This document shows positions 10,301 to 18,201 of a stretch of 64,000 nt of DNA, piece by piece. Source of the DNA: a virus; UHGV virus genome UHGV-0311442. The stretch is one strand, 5' to 3'. A model generated the notes under the pieces. The model worked only from the letters and a program-made list of their open reading frames with translations, was not told the DNA's origin and did no database searches. The position numbers and the translations under genes are program-made. How positions within the stretch are numbered: position 1 is the stretch's first letter; every line of letters begins with the position of its first letter.

Positions 10301-11514
10301 TGCAGTCAAATACTGAAGCCATCAAGTCATTGATTATTGACGCGGCAAACATGGTGGGTGTTCCACCATCTGTTGCGATTGCAATGGCACAAGCAGAATC
10401 TGGCTTACAGTATGGCAACTATCCTGGCGCATCCTCTGGTAGACCGAGAAGTAATAAGATGTCTGCCGCTGGCCTGTTCCAATTTACCAATGGCACTTGG
10501 AATGGGGTTATGAAGCAGTACGCCCGAAGATACGGTATTCCACAAACCGACCAGTTCGACCCGTGGGCTAACGCAATCTTAGGTGTTAACTTCATTAGAG
10601 ACAACATCAAGACCGCACAAAAGGATCTGGGTGGAATTGCCCCACCTCCGGCAGTAGCGTACCTATACCACTTCTTAGGCCCAGGTGGTGGTGCTGAGTT
10701 CCTTAAAGCCTGGAAAACCAATCCTAACGGGTCGCCCGACAAAGTGAAGTACATCACACCTGCCGTTCTTAACGGTAATGAAGGTGTTTTCTATATCATG
10801 AACGGGAAGAAACGCGTTAGGATGCGTACGATCGGTGAGGTTGTCGAGGAACTGAACCGCCGTATGGGTGCGGTTGGAACCAACGAGATTGCAGCAAATC
10901 CTGCGTCTGCGAAAAACATGACGAAAGGGTTATCACCAGTTCCATCGTCTCCTGCAATTGCTGCTGGCGCAGCTAACGATCCGTCTATTGCTGGTCCGGC
11001 AGATAACCTGCCAGCCGCGAACGAGGCGAATCGTGACTCCGCTTTAGCAGACAAAGGTGCGATGGGCGCTGAAGATATTAAAGCTGCAACGGGTGGTGGT
11101 CCGGCTGTGCCGAGTCCTGGCGGTGACGTCACGCCAAGTGATGCGTCTGTCGTTGTTGAAACGGTGGGTCAAAATGCGCGTGCTGACGGTCTGGGCGAAG
11201 AGGAAGTTGCCAAAGTAAAAGAAGGTGCTAGACAGCAAATGGAGAAATCCGCACGTCCTGCACCAACGGTAACGTCTGATGCACAGACTACACCAACAGT
11301 GAACAGTGGTGATCCGATCAGCGTACAGCAGCTGGCGGTTGCAAAAGAGTCTGCGGGCTATCTGAGAGAGATTGTAACAATTCTTCGTCAGAGACCACAG
11401 GCTATGCAGCCATCCCCAGCGACCTCGGCAGCTTCTGCTCCGGGTTCAGCATCACGTAACATCGCGGTTGAACAACCTGCCCGCCAACTCGACGTTGGTC
11501 GTAAACGGGCGTAA
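4348..11514 (+). CDS. Giant virion/tail-associated protein with a lytic transglycosylase (SLT) domain; phiKZ gp181-like cell-wall-degrading or tape-measure-like protein
   Basis: Track ORF of 2388 aa. SLT motifs AIAMAQAESGLQYG...AAGLFQFTNGTWNGVMKQY...AVAYLYHFLGPGG lie at nt ~10300-10760, with the putative catalytic Glu codon at 10396-10398. A cluster of hydrophobic helices lies at nt ~8440-8710. Polybasic and Arg-rich tracts and an Ala/Pro/Gly-rich C-terminal tail are present. A terminator follows at 11523-11551. Confidence 0.8.
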   Translation: MAKKGKDDFDEIDLDNMDDWDDFDEPPRQQDQSRNPVMDTFRAARKSALSTIWPENKRDQVILKGMPKPAAEAYEGYQNVKAAGQDILAHTKDEIEKTSRVVKMQARQLGPTLKRYLPESVTRKIDKWARNDQIDYGNYDPKQAMMDRELDSVFSGAPQTADQQREAQEGMVEDRLRDTIKDMKSDALFQTVIGIAKDVNLTTSLSRGVLLNVQRKQLELQYRTLFALQDIAKLKQDEFARNTPALEAIVKNTALPDYAKEEFSEIRWANVKRKAAEWMNPLHYADNFIGQIRENAKKKISNIFSDGRGILEQVLGMAQEDDFDMSDSSSLSPDRRNTNSRNKAAGFAGGWLAKRLLQPQIERLQNWTRGELEKNPEVMKRLQLAKYGFGNLSSISNSAIAGETSGPLADLFRLMHDLGLVNPLRRETLALDDRSAESLSAAAKFDRKAYLSITEVIPTLLSEINKSIRRGYGEHHDQVYDLTTRGMVDRKVIGNRVRKAVANDDQRKRLQTYINDTVDFIDKDKTLDRKTRQALADYIESRASEGKAFDVGSLLKDPMHMYRYMNANAVEAIQGVLEARSAELVGGHHELSNAISNKIAAIQSTIRARQDTVDAASVIYGENALRDSGIFKYDAKKDIFEVDKDINDPYTLFNDLSMGKTRSGRSLTREQEIQRKLQNGSALGDYLRRMGAGAEPSFEDKELSNVRGGGKGGRGRGLSARQLAAVLYGEKSTNFVELLSSRPDTNAGLEQQFDRLIDAVRKQPESSIVQDILKHVKNMDEEGILLASLGGSRDDGDEPESSGESGRKRRRKRKRIVLGETGLLRRWAGVLWDTGSGVGRFGKNLFLRGKDRLQALGGFIRGKFSGGSSEGPGVFSRLKGLVTGTLSTGWNSAVAFGKGVLGVRDIYDERGNVVLQGSRLEAGEYYQADPKTEKLIQLKTLDDIKLGRDIVDEAGNLILAAADLAAAGKLRFYKGGKVQALFQYISGKAGTAVNKAVTLPKKLLGFISPKAASLFEKAREWLNEVPEGAEKTRLQSMISRVTGMPARLWNNAKRGFEKLKELASDNPLTRWWQNRKEGGSGGGFSVFSWSNGRKTNHILIRIYKLLNRRLPGEPEDDTWTEQMERNTGASSVKGLFQRAKDIREGFREHFQGFRDWRGRMRDRMSRYRSAVGGRLSRWGGAARDWFDRFRGRASDMVDTFRDPRYDIGTRYRMESRLAGRDDDVAEFYRQHIYARGKVSKTRIIDAAKEDLDTVTDSAGRVINKGKQKARSVGSVLLERLNRMVNLQEMSWFNTMRDSAEKAGASDGLLRTMFSKFGQRNKPPASDEKRDYFQFFRRRRRSKEEEKAKKEAEKKGGKRGVMDFLKGLPLVGPIVSILGTVGSILGKVAKWGIFKPVGFAGKALWNVGKFAVTRLAVPAVSAVATAASAVVTAVGWPIIGLVAAGAALSWFAYKTATRVNAQYLDNMRLAQYGFRDHDEWSSDDGAKARYLEDNLKPYISYTENGQAQLRGLSGDDVKKLAEGFGTNVEDKGEMLAFTAFMLQRFVPIYLRWITALKSMDNDIALADVGNPAKVSKADMLTIFNKMKMTKDAPAFKSLTDPRKVNQGWFSKAWDFVTFTPAEFLSGEEVVEAQDRVFRSINMRRDDKRKETTGAGAVPEGHKVASVAESSQVLAKNDTERNETVAKAEGWEDGTEQVQIQVDWRALPEKKDLDAMESVRWKSYGVKSVNETTRTLFRLLEKEVLKDTDIKNCIYKGDWKKAISAIAPDAIGGPKEERYKNWFYNRFLPVFMTYVYGVKRYVPHADPLDLKLTGGFLYELALMMRGAYNMKGGIRQSVWEIAFNPLGGDANTDAGSVREELATLKELSKEPDLAVRNMLKETPSTPKRMTWKSPATNSSVHQTNEDNKERYKGINSYGEASNDGYLPKGGQSYGTPGDLSQVVGDMGIGNYAKYSTGQSGITLGELQDGDYKSLVTKYPREMLGKPMQSNTEAIKSLIIDAANMVGVPPSVAIAMAQAESGLQYGNYPGASSGRPRSNKMSAAGLFQFTNGTWNGVMKQYARRYGIPQTDQFDPWANAILGVNFIRDNIKTAQKDLGGIAPPPAVAYLYHFLGPGGGAEFLKAWKTNPNGSPDKVKYITPAVLNGNEGVFYIMNGKKRVRMRTIGEVVEELNRRMGAVGTNEIAANPASAKNMTKGLSPVPSSPAIAAGAANDPSIAGPADNLPAANEANRDSALADKGAMGAEDIKAATGGGPAVPSPGGDVTPSDASVVVETVGQNARADGLGEEEVAKVKEGARQQMEKSARPAPTVTSDAQTTPTVNSGDPISVQQLAVAKESAGYLREIVTILRQRPQAMQPSPATSAASAPGSASRNIAVEQPARQLDVGRKRA

Positions 11515-11522
11515 CAGTAATC

Positions 11523-11551
11523 GGGGGTAGTTACCTACCCCCTACTTTTTT
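11523..11551 (+). terminator. Rho-independent terminator after the giant SLT protein gene
   Basis: Stem gggggtag/ctaccccc with loop ttac, followed by tacTTTTTT. Confidence 0.75.
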
Positions 11552-11562
11552 AGAGGTATAAA

Positions 11563-13734
11563 GTGGACGCTAGAACAGCTAACGACTCAAGCTGGGTCAA
11601 AAGCCTCTTTAACGGCGTGTTGGATGGCCGAGATGAACGTTTCCTGGCCTTGCGACGCTACTCCAACGGTATGTTATCGTTCGAGGACACCACGTTAGGT
11701 GGCAGTAAAGCGATTAACACACCGCCCCAATTTACATGGTTTGCAGATCCGCCATCGACTGGCGCATTTGCACAACCCGACAACCCGAGAGCCGAAACCA
11801 AAACATTCTCTAATAACCGAGAAACAGGTTCGTATAAACTCGGTACTTATTTCTACGAAAGTATTAATCAGAATTCGTTTTATGTTCACTGTCGGTTCGG
11901 TAAACCGAAATATCTGGGTATGGCCGCATTCTTTGCGAACATGTACGACTCCAACCTAGCGTACTTGGCCCGCACTGGTGACTATCCAGGTATGATGAGA
12001 ACGATGGTTTCGTATTTAGGTGCAGCCGCAATATGGGCCACTGTAGGCACCGTTGCTTTTGCAGTTATTCTCATCACGCCACGAATTCTAAAAGCGGTGT
12101 TGAACAAACAAACATCGCGTTACTATTACGTCAAGCCAACGATGCATTTGTATTTACGTGCCGTGCAAAACATTCTAAACACGCAACTCATTTATCGTCG
12201 TTTGGTTCCCACAGGCGTGCTCGGTAATTTCAAACTACAAGAAAATACCGATGATGGTACAAATTCATACAGCAATGATAAACAAGACTGGTATGCTTCG
12301 TTACCTACTATCTGGAAAGATAACGGGGAGTTTGACGTCTACCGAATGATAAACCGCTATCAAACATTAGCGAATTATCAGACCAAAGCCATAGAGCAAA
12401 TGCGCGTTGAAAGCGGTGGGGACGAAGAAGCATTTGCAAGAAAACTACGTGCGTTTTATAACGAAGGGATGTACTCCAAACGCGTTATTAATGATGCGGG
12501 TAGTTTCGAAGTTTCATTGCATGACTTAGAAACGGTTGCTCAAAAAGACAACGCTTATAAAGCGCCTTTTGAAAATATTAACGATCAAGAGTCTAAGTTG
12601 GTTGAAGGGATCACTGGCACACTGACCGCTGGCGGTACCGCAGATGAAATCGATGCGAACACAAAGAAACTTCGAGAATCGATGGCAGCAAACATGGCTG
12701 CTGCGGAAAAGGCTGAAAACGAAATCGGTGGTGAGGATGTCCCTGATATAGCTAAGATACAAGAATGGGCAGATGCGGGTTCTAAAGAAAACGTAGGGAC
12801 CTTCTTTAAAGATTTCGTCGAAATGGGTAAAAACTATATCGATGGTATTAAGGAAAATGCGCTTTCTGAAATCCGTAACGGCTCACAATGGGTGTCGTGG
12901 CGTATCGACGCTAAAGACACGGTTTCTCGTTCGTTCTCCAACTCTACAAAAGAGCCAGAGATTTCAGGCACCGTTAACTCGTTAACCGCGAAAGCACGTT
13001 CGTTAGAGGTCAACCTTTCCGGCGGTCAAACGGGTTTCAGCGCCGTAGATGCTTTAGTTTCCGGGATTAAGTCCGCGATGCGTGGCGTTGCCGACACCTT
13101 ACATTTGACAGGGATCATGTCGTTGTACAACTCTTCGGTAATTGACTTTCCGGAGGTGTGGGATAGTTCGGATGCATCGGGAGATGACATTACGTTAACG
13201 ATACCGTTACGTTGTTGGTCTGGCAACGACTTGGATATCTTCCAAGACTTGCTCGTTCCACTGTCATTCTGGATCGCTGCGGTTTGTCCGCTGGCTACAG
13301 GTAAACAATCTTTTACTCACCCGTTCTATTTAGAGTGTTACTCACAAGGACGCTTTTCTTTCCGTAATGCGATGGTGACGTCAATGTCACTGCAATTCGG
13401 TGTGGGTGGTTTAGGTTGGCGGCCAGGTGATTCCGTTCCGCTGTCTTGCGACATCTCTGTTACTATTCGTGACTTGACTCGCGTTATGTACATGCCCATT
13501 GTTACCGACACAGGTGTGTGGGATGATGATAACAAATTCAGTGAATTTATGGCGTGTTTAGGTGGTGCTACGTTGTACGAGCGTACTAACGGTATTGCAC
13601 GTGCCAAGATTAATGCGAGCATCTGGGCACAAAACTGGGCATCTGCGTGGTCACAGGGTAGTTTTATTAACTCGGCACTGGATGTTATCCCAGCACGCCA
13701 GATCGCGAACATCTTCTTGCCGCAAGCACGTTAA
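11563..13734 (+). CDS. Hypothetical protein, probably a virion component
   Basis: Track ORF of 723 aa with a GTG start 6 nt after GAGG. One hydrophobic stretch (YLGAAAIWATVGTVAFAVILI). No family recognised. It is co-oriented with the giant virion protein gene. Confidence 0.6.
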   Translation: MDARTANDSSWVKSLFNGVLDGRDERFLALRRYSNGMLSFEDTTLGGSKAINTPPQFTWFADPPSTGAFAQPDNPRAETKTFSNNRETGSYKLGTYFYESINQNSFYVHCRFGKPKYLGMAAFFANMYDSNLAYLARTGDYPGMMRTMVSYLGAAAIWATVGTVAFAVILITPRILKAVLNKQTSRYYYVKPTMHLYLRAVQNILNTQLIYRRLVPTGVLGNFKLQENTDDGTNSYSNDKQDWYASLPTIWKDNGEFDVYRMINRYQTLANYQTKAIEQMRVESGGDEEAFARKLRAFYNEGMYSKRVINDAGSFEVSLHDLETVAQKDNAYKAPFENINDQESKLVEGITGTLTAGGTADEIDANTKKLRESMAANMAAAEKAENEIGGEDVPDIAKIQEWADAGSKENVGTFFKDFVEMGKNYIDGIKENALSEIRNGSQWVSWRIDAKDTVSRSFSNSTKEPEISGTVNSLTAKARSLEVNLSGGQTGFSAVDALVSGIKSAMRGVADTLHLTGIMSLYNSSVIDFPEVWDSSDASGDDITLTIPLRCWSGNDLDIFQDLLVPLSFWIAAVCPLATGKQSFTHPFYLECYSQGRFSFRNAMVTSMSLQFGVGGLGWRPGDSVPLSCDISVTIRDLTRVMYMPIVTDTGVWDDDNKFSEFMACLGGATLYERTNGIARAKINASIWAQNWASAWSQGSFINSALDVIPARQIANIFLPQAR

Positions 13735-13750
13735 TGTTTGAGAGGAAATA

Positions 13751-14314
13751 ATGGCTAATACGCTATTAGGTAAATCAGGAAAACAACTGGTTTATGAGTT
13801 ATTAGTAAAAAAGAATCCTGGTTTGGTAGAGAAAGGTATTACAATCGATAAGTTGAATTTTGGCACACCGTCACATATTCCTGCGGTAGAAACACCAGAA
13901 ACTCAATTTACGCGATTAAATACCCAACTTAGCGTCCAGGGAATTATTGAACAGAAAACGTTTGGTAAAATTGACGTTATTTATCGTCGGTTGGATTTAG
14001 AGCACCTCTTAGGTGACTTTGTAGTTTCTGTTGCGGGTATTAATGCGGCTACGGTATCTGAGGTACTACAGCTTTTTCGCACTAAGTACAATTTGCAGAT
14101 TACCGACGATGAAGTTGAGAACCCAACAGCTGCACCAGACAGCAAAGATAAAACCATCATTATCATGAATGGGAGATCTTTGGCGTGGACAGGTCGGCTG
14201 GAGGTGTACTTAACAGAGCTGCCGTCCGACGGTAAGGATATTTCGAAGTTGATTAAAGTCACCGAACTTGACGGCTTGACGTATATCTCTTCTGGAATTG
14301 TTCCAGGCGCTTAA
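13751..14314 (+). CDS. Hypothetical protein
   Basis: Track ORF of 187 aa with an ATG after GAGAGG. It ends at a bidirectional terminator. Confidence 0.6.
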   Translation: MANTLLGKSGKQLVYELLVKKNPGLVEKGITIDKLNFGTPSHIPAVETPETQFTRLNTQLSVQGIIEQKTFGKIDVIYRRLDLEHLLGDFVVSVAGINAATVSEVLQLFRTKYNLQITDDEVENPTAAPDSKDKTIIIMNGRSLAWTGRLEVYLTELPSDGKDISKLIKVTELDGLTYISSGIVPGA

Positions 14315-14340
14315 AAAAAGAAAAAAAAATAAGAAAGTTA

Positions 14341-14378
14341 ACCTACCTCCGAAAGGAGGTAGGTGCTTTTATTTATTT
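14341..14378. terminator. Bidirectional hairpin terminator between convergent genes
   Basis: Stem acctacctcc/ggaggtaggt with loop gaaa. A T-rich run lies downstream (gcttttatttattt) and a long A-run lies upstream (14313-14330). Confidence 0.75.
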
Positions 14379-15203
14379 CGCCAAGTCTGCTTCTTTTACA
14401 AAGATGCCGTCGGCGTTCAGGTAACCTTTACGGTCTTTGATTTCGTGCCACGCCAAAGAGAAACAATGGCGAATGTTAAGACGGTAGTAAAGAGCCAGTT
14501 TTGCAAGACGGTGCAAAGCCCAACTTAACGTAACGGTGTCCAGTTCAGTACATAAGAACGCAGTAGCGAAGATTTCAGTAGCCTCTAAATACAACTGGTG
14601 TGGATATTTGGTATCGTTTAAACGTTCTTCAACGTCAGCGACATCGTCTACCTGCAACTGTAAACCGTGATCGATGACTTCACCGGTTGACATTCCGCAA
14701 GTCTCTCTGTCTTTATCCAGTTCCAGGATGTTTACCAGAACCACCAATGCATCCCCGATACCGTCCATGATCAGTTCAGGTTTGTTTTTACTGATACCTG
14801 TTGCGATTTCACCAAACTCTTCAAAGAACTTCGTGATTTGTGTTTCCACTTTACCGTTGTCGAGGATACCACGTTCCTTAGACCAACCTTTAACACGCTC
14901 TACACAGTTCTCGATAGAATAGACCGGAACCGCTACGGTGTGCATTACCGTACCGTTAAATTCGGCACCTGTAAGTTTAAGCGGCGCTTCAATCGTTTCA
15001 ATATCCAGTTCCTGATTGCCGGTGTGGCGTTTACCTTCTACACGAACACGGTTAGTACCAGGATTTACTCCGATGGTGTAGATAGCATCAAACTGAATCG
15101 CTTTCTCGTCCATAGCGCGTAGTTGTGTGTTAACTTCTTCCAGGAAGTTACCTGGGTTAAGAACGATGTTGTAGATAGCGTTGATGTTAAAACGTTCGCC
15201 CAT
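14373..15203 (-). CDS. MazG-like nucleoside triphosphate pyrophosphohydrolase domain protein with an extra N-terminal ~100-aa domain
   Basis: Track ORF of 276 aa. The C-terminal two thirds show the all-alpha NTP-PPase pattern: KFFEEFGEIATGI...IMDGIGDALVVLVNI...AWHEIKDRKGYLNADGIFVK. Confidence 0.6.
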   Translation of the reverse strand: MGERFNINAIYNIVLNPGNFLEEVNTQLRAMDEKAIQFDAIYTIGVNPGTNRVRVEGKRHTGNQELDIETIEAPLKLTGAEFNGTVMHTVAVPVYSIENCVERVKGWSKERGILDNGKVETQITKFFEEFGEIATGISKNKPELIMDGIGDALVVLVNILELDKDRETCGMSTGEVIDHGLQLQVDDVADVEERLNDTKYPHQLYLEATEIFATAFLCTELDTVTLSWALHRLAKLALYYRLNIRHCFSLAWHEIKDRKGYLNADGIFVKEADLAK

Positions 15204-15228
15204 TTTAAATCTCCTAACAAAAAAATAA

Positions 15229-15260
15229 TAAAGTAAAAAAGGGTGCTTGCATAAGCACCC
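15229..15260 (-). terminator. Rho-independent terminator (minus strand)
   Basis: Stem gggtgctt/aagcaccc with loop gcat. The minus strand continues with a T-run (plus-strand A-run at 15229-15240). Confidence 0.7.
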
Positions 15261-15269
15261 CAGGAACTG

Positions 15270-15632
15270 TTAAATTTTGCAAGCCCCGCCTGAGCAGTTA
15301 TCGTCTTCCGTGGTCGGGTCGGCTCCCTTCTCTACGGTTGCTTCCGGGTCTAAGCCAGGGATTGCAAATTCGTCAGTTTCTTTAACGGTTTCTACTTTAA
15401 CTTCTTCGGTCATTTTAGTTCCCAATTTTCTTACAAAGGAGTTAGCAATTTCGATTTTAAGATTGGCAAAAGGTGATAGTAGCATTGCCAACCGTGGTAG
15501 ACTTGGCGGTGCCTCTTTATATTGTACAACGCGCACCTTCGACCTACCAGGACCCTTACGTACACGGTTGTAGCCAATAAAATATACAGTACCTGTAAAG
15601 TATCTCAGGCTGTGAAAGCGTGGTTTCTTCAT
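15270..15632 (-). CDS. Hypothetical small protein with a basic N-terminal half and an acidic C-terminal half ending CSGGACKI
   Basis: Track ORF of 120 aa. The ATG overlaps the stop of the upstream small ORF (ATGA) and follows AAGGAAG. An internal Met (MTEEVKV...) is an alternative start. Confidence 0.45.
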   Translation of the reverse strand: MKKPRFHSLRYFTGTVYFIGYNRVRKGPGRSKVRVVQYKEAPPSLPRLAMLLSPFANLKIEIANSFVRKLGTKMTEEVKVETVKETDEFAIPGLDPEATVEKGADPTTEDDNCSGGACKI

Positions 15633-15802
15633 CGCACTTCCTTTTCGAACGGGTTAGTTTCAAGGAACTTGGAATAATCAAGTTGGATTACTTGGAAACG
15701 TTTACGCCCTTTGTTCGGCCCTTTACAATAACGTGTGTTAAAAGTACGGAACTTCTTCGGCTCGAAATACGCTATTGTGAAATTAAGAACATCGTCCAAC
15801 AT
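15629..15802 (-). CDS. Small basic hypothetical protein (57 aa), below the track size cutoff
   Basis: Hand translation: MLDDVLNFTIAYFEPKKFRTFNTRYCKGPNKGRKRFQVIQLDYSKFLETNPFEKEVR. The ATG is preceded by AAGGAAAATTT. It shares a KGPxxGRxK...V.Q motif with the next gene. Confidence 0.4.
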   Translation of the reverse strand: MLDDVLNFTIAYFEPKKFRTFNTRYCKGPNKGRKRFQVIQLDYSKFLETNPFEKEVR

Positions 15803-15821
15803 AAATTTTCCTTATCGTTAA

Positions 15822-16268
15822 CTAACCCATTAAATGTATTACAACGTCTTTAGTTACTGAGTTTGCTAGTAAGCGGAAAAACTTCATGTAACGGAACATG
15901 CTAAAGAAAACCCCAGCGTCGTCTACAATGACAAGACTGTATTTTTCTTTTTCTGTACCCATCTGATAACCAATGATTTGCGTGATATTCTCAGGCAAGT
16001 CTTCGAGACCCAAACGGAATAGCACATCGTCCTCTAAGAACCCTTTTGGGTTAACGAATAACACTTTCCCTTTATGGTTCTTAGCTAACTCGACACCGAA
16101 GTCTGTAAGTCCTGTCTGCCTGCCTGTACCGTAGCGGATAGTACGAAATTCAGATAAGGCATTGGGACCATAACGATCGGTAAACGGATTATCTTTAGAA
16201 TCCAGATCGGTTAAACCTTTTGATAATTCTTCTACTACGATGTTATAGTTAACATGAGTTTTAGACAT
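15822..16268 (-). CDS. Hypothetical protein
   Basis: Track ORF of 148 aa with an ATG after AAAGGAAC. GTGRQTGLT and SLVIVDDAG vaguely recall Walker A and B motifs but lack GK[ST], so no function is called. Confidence 0.6.
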   Translation of the reverse strand: MSKTHVNYNIVVEELSKGLTDLDSKDNPFTDRYGPNALSEFRTIRYGTGRQTGLTDFGVELAKNHKGKVLFVNPKGFLEDDVLFRLGLEDLPENITQIIGYQMGTEKEKYSLVIVDDAGVFFSMFRYMKFFRLLANSVTKDVVIHLMG

Positions 16269-16297
16269 TTTATCGTTCCTTTTAGTTAAGTGGTAGT

Positions 16298-17332
16298 TTA
16301 CACCGCGACAGGCATGGCGATGTGCGGGTGTGATTGGTAACCGACTACTTCAAAGTCCTCGTATTTGTAGTCGAAGATAGATTCGGGTTTACGTTTAATA
16401 ACCAATTTAGGTAACGGGTACGGCTCACGAGTCAGCTGGAGTTTTATTTGATCGAGGTGGTTCAGATATAAATGCACATCGACTCCACTATAAACTAACT
16501 CATCGGGAACCATATTCAATTGTTGGGCAACCATATGAGTTAGCAGAGCGTATGACGCGATGTTGAACGGTTTTCCTAATGCGACATCGTTGCTCCGCAT
16601 CATGTAAAAACATGAAAGCTTACGGCGTGGAATACCTTCACGATCTAAAGTTTCATGAAGACGTTCTTCATCATCAATATCTTCGTGATTAATAAGTGGT
16701 GCGTTCGCAAATTTTTCCGGTTCATTTGCTTCGTACCAATCCAGTCGCTCAAGCAGTGTCATTTCCGTTGTGTAGAATTGGAAATAGTTGTGGCATGGGT
16801 TAAGTGCCATATCGTCCAGGTCACCTACATTCCAGGCACTAACAATAATACGTCGGGAGTCAGGGTCTTCACGAAGTTGCTGGATAACTTTGCTGATCTG
16901 GTCATGTGCTTTCTCATAGACCAAATACGTCGTACCATCTTCCTTCATATTCCCAATATACTTGTAACCCCGCTGCATTAGTTGTTGTGTACGTCTTACG
17001 TCATGACACTCCACAACTTTACAGTCACGCCATTCGCGCCACTGTTTACCATAAACTGGTCCTAAGTTCCCCTCTTCGTCACTCCATTCGTTCCAAATTT
17101 TTACCCCGTTCTCTTGCAGGTACTTCACGTTAGTGTCACCATTTAAGAACCACAGCAGTTCATGAATGATACTTTTCAGGTGAACCTTTTTCGTAGTAAC
17201 TAATGGGAAACCTTCTTTTAGGTCGAAACGTAGTTGGCGACCAAATACAGAAAGTGTCCCTACGCCTGTACGGTCTTTCTTGACAACACCGTTATCCAGA
17301 ATGTCTTGCATTAATGCTAAATACTGTTTCAT
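16298..17332 (-). CDS. thyA: Thymidylate synthase (ThyA family) with two insertions
   Basis: Track ORF of 344 aa. Near-identical blocks to E. coli ThyA: [60 protein letters not shown] (catalytic Cys), [41 protein letters not shown]. Confidence 0.93.
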   Translation of the reverse strand: MKQYLALMQDILDNGVVKKDRTGVGTLSVFGRQLRFDLKEGFPLVTTKKVHLKSIIHELLWFLNGDTNVKYLQENGVKIWNEWSDEEGNLGPVYGKQWREWRDCKVVECHDVRRTQQLMQRGYKYIGNMKEDGTTYLVYEKAHDQISKVIQQLREDPDSRRIIVSAWNVGDLDDMALNPCHNYFQFYTTEMTLLERLDWYEANEPEKFANAPLINHEDIDDEERLHETLDREGIPRRKLSCFYMMRSNDVALGKPFNIASYALLTHMVAQQLNMVPDELVYSGVDVHLYLNHLDQIKLQLTREPYPLPKLVIKRKPESIFDYKYEDFEVVGYQSHPHIAMPVAV

Positions 17333-17640
17333 TAGATTTTGTCCTTTTCGAGTTCAGTTAAAATTTCAAACAGGTCTGCGTTGGATTGCAGTACGATTTC
17401 ACTGCCTTCTGCTACAACGGTAATTGAAGGCTTCTTACCACGTAGTAAGAACTCCCAACGCATTGTTCTTACGTGGCTGTCAAGTAACTGTTTTAATTTG
17501 TGGTTAACTTCAACTTCCAATTTGCCCAGTAACTGTGGTGTAATGCTTTCACCTGAGTTTTTGTTATAAAGTGTACGCACTAAAGAACGTAAAGAATAGC
17601 CAATGCACTGCGAAATTGCCCAACCCGAATAGTTTTCCAT
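17332..17640 (-). CDS. Hypothetical protein
   Basis: Track ORF of 102 aa. Its stop overlaps the thyA start (TAATG), giving operon packing. Confidence 0.6.
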   Translation of the reverse strand: MENYSGWAISQCIGYSLRSLVRTLYNKNSGESITPQLLGKLEVEVNHKLKQLLDSHVRTMRWEFLLRGKKPSITVVAEGSEIVLQSNADLFEILTELEKDKI

Positions 17641-17641
17641 G

Positions 17642-18187
17642 TTAATCCTTCAAAATGTCTTTAAGTTTTAGTTTTGTATAGAACGGAGAACTACTTAGTT
17701 CTTCTGTCCAACTTATACGTCCGTTCTGTAGAACCCGGTCGAAGATTAGGCCGTTCATCTTTACAATTCTGGCCAATTGATAAAAGAGCGTCGCGAGATG
17801 TAGACGCCGCTCCATTTGTGCGCGAGCGGTACAACTTCGTACCGCTTTGATAGCAAGTACCGCTTCTGGCATCAACGTAACCGCGATTGACTCAGGATGT
17901 TCGTTTTTCCATTTCTTAATGGCTAGTAGTCGGTGTAGCGATTTTTCAAGGGGACGTAAATCCCCGTTATTCATCACGTAAACTAGAGCAGCAATATCCC
18001 ACAAGGCGATACCCACCGCTTTAGCAACAAACAACCCGTCGTGTGTTGTCGTGGACTCACAGACTTTGCCAATACTTCCATAAACACGTGCAGTCCATGC
18101 GTCTGTCTGTTCGCCAGGTTTTATACCCGCGTTATCCAGAAAGTGTTTAAATGCATTAACGTGATCAGTTAACTGTATTTGTTTCAT
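17642..18187 (-). CDS. Hypothetical protein
   Basis: Track ORF of 181 aa, tightly packed in the minus-strand operon. No motif recognised. Confidence 0.6.
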   Translation of the reverse strand: MKQIQLTDHVNAFKHFLDNAGIKPGEQTDAWTARVYGSIGKVCESTTTHDGLFVAKAVGIALWDIAALVYVMNNGDLRPLEKSLHRLLAIKKWKNEHPESIAVTLMPEAVLAIKAVRSCTARAQMERRLHLATLFYQLARIVKMNGLIFDRVLQNGRISWTEELSSSPFYTKLKLKDILKD

Positions 18188-18201
18188 TTCCGATACCCGA
18201 T

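Noticed and set aside
15822-16268. Possible P-loop kinase (GTGRQTGLT ... VIVDDAG) next to thyA
   Set aside because: It lacks the GK[ST] of a Walker A motif. The similarity is too weak to call a dNMP kinase.
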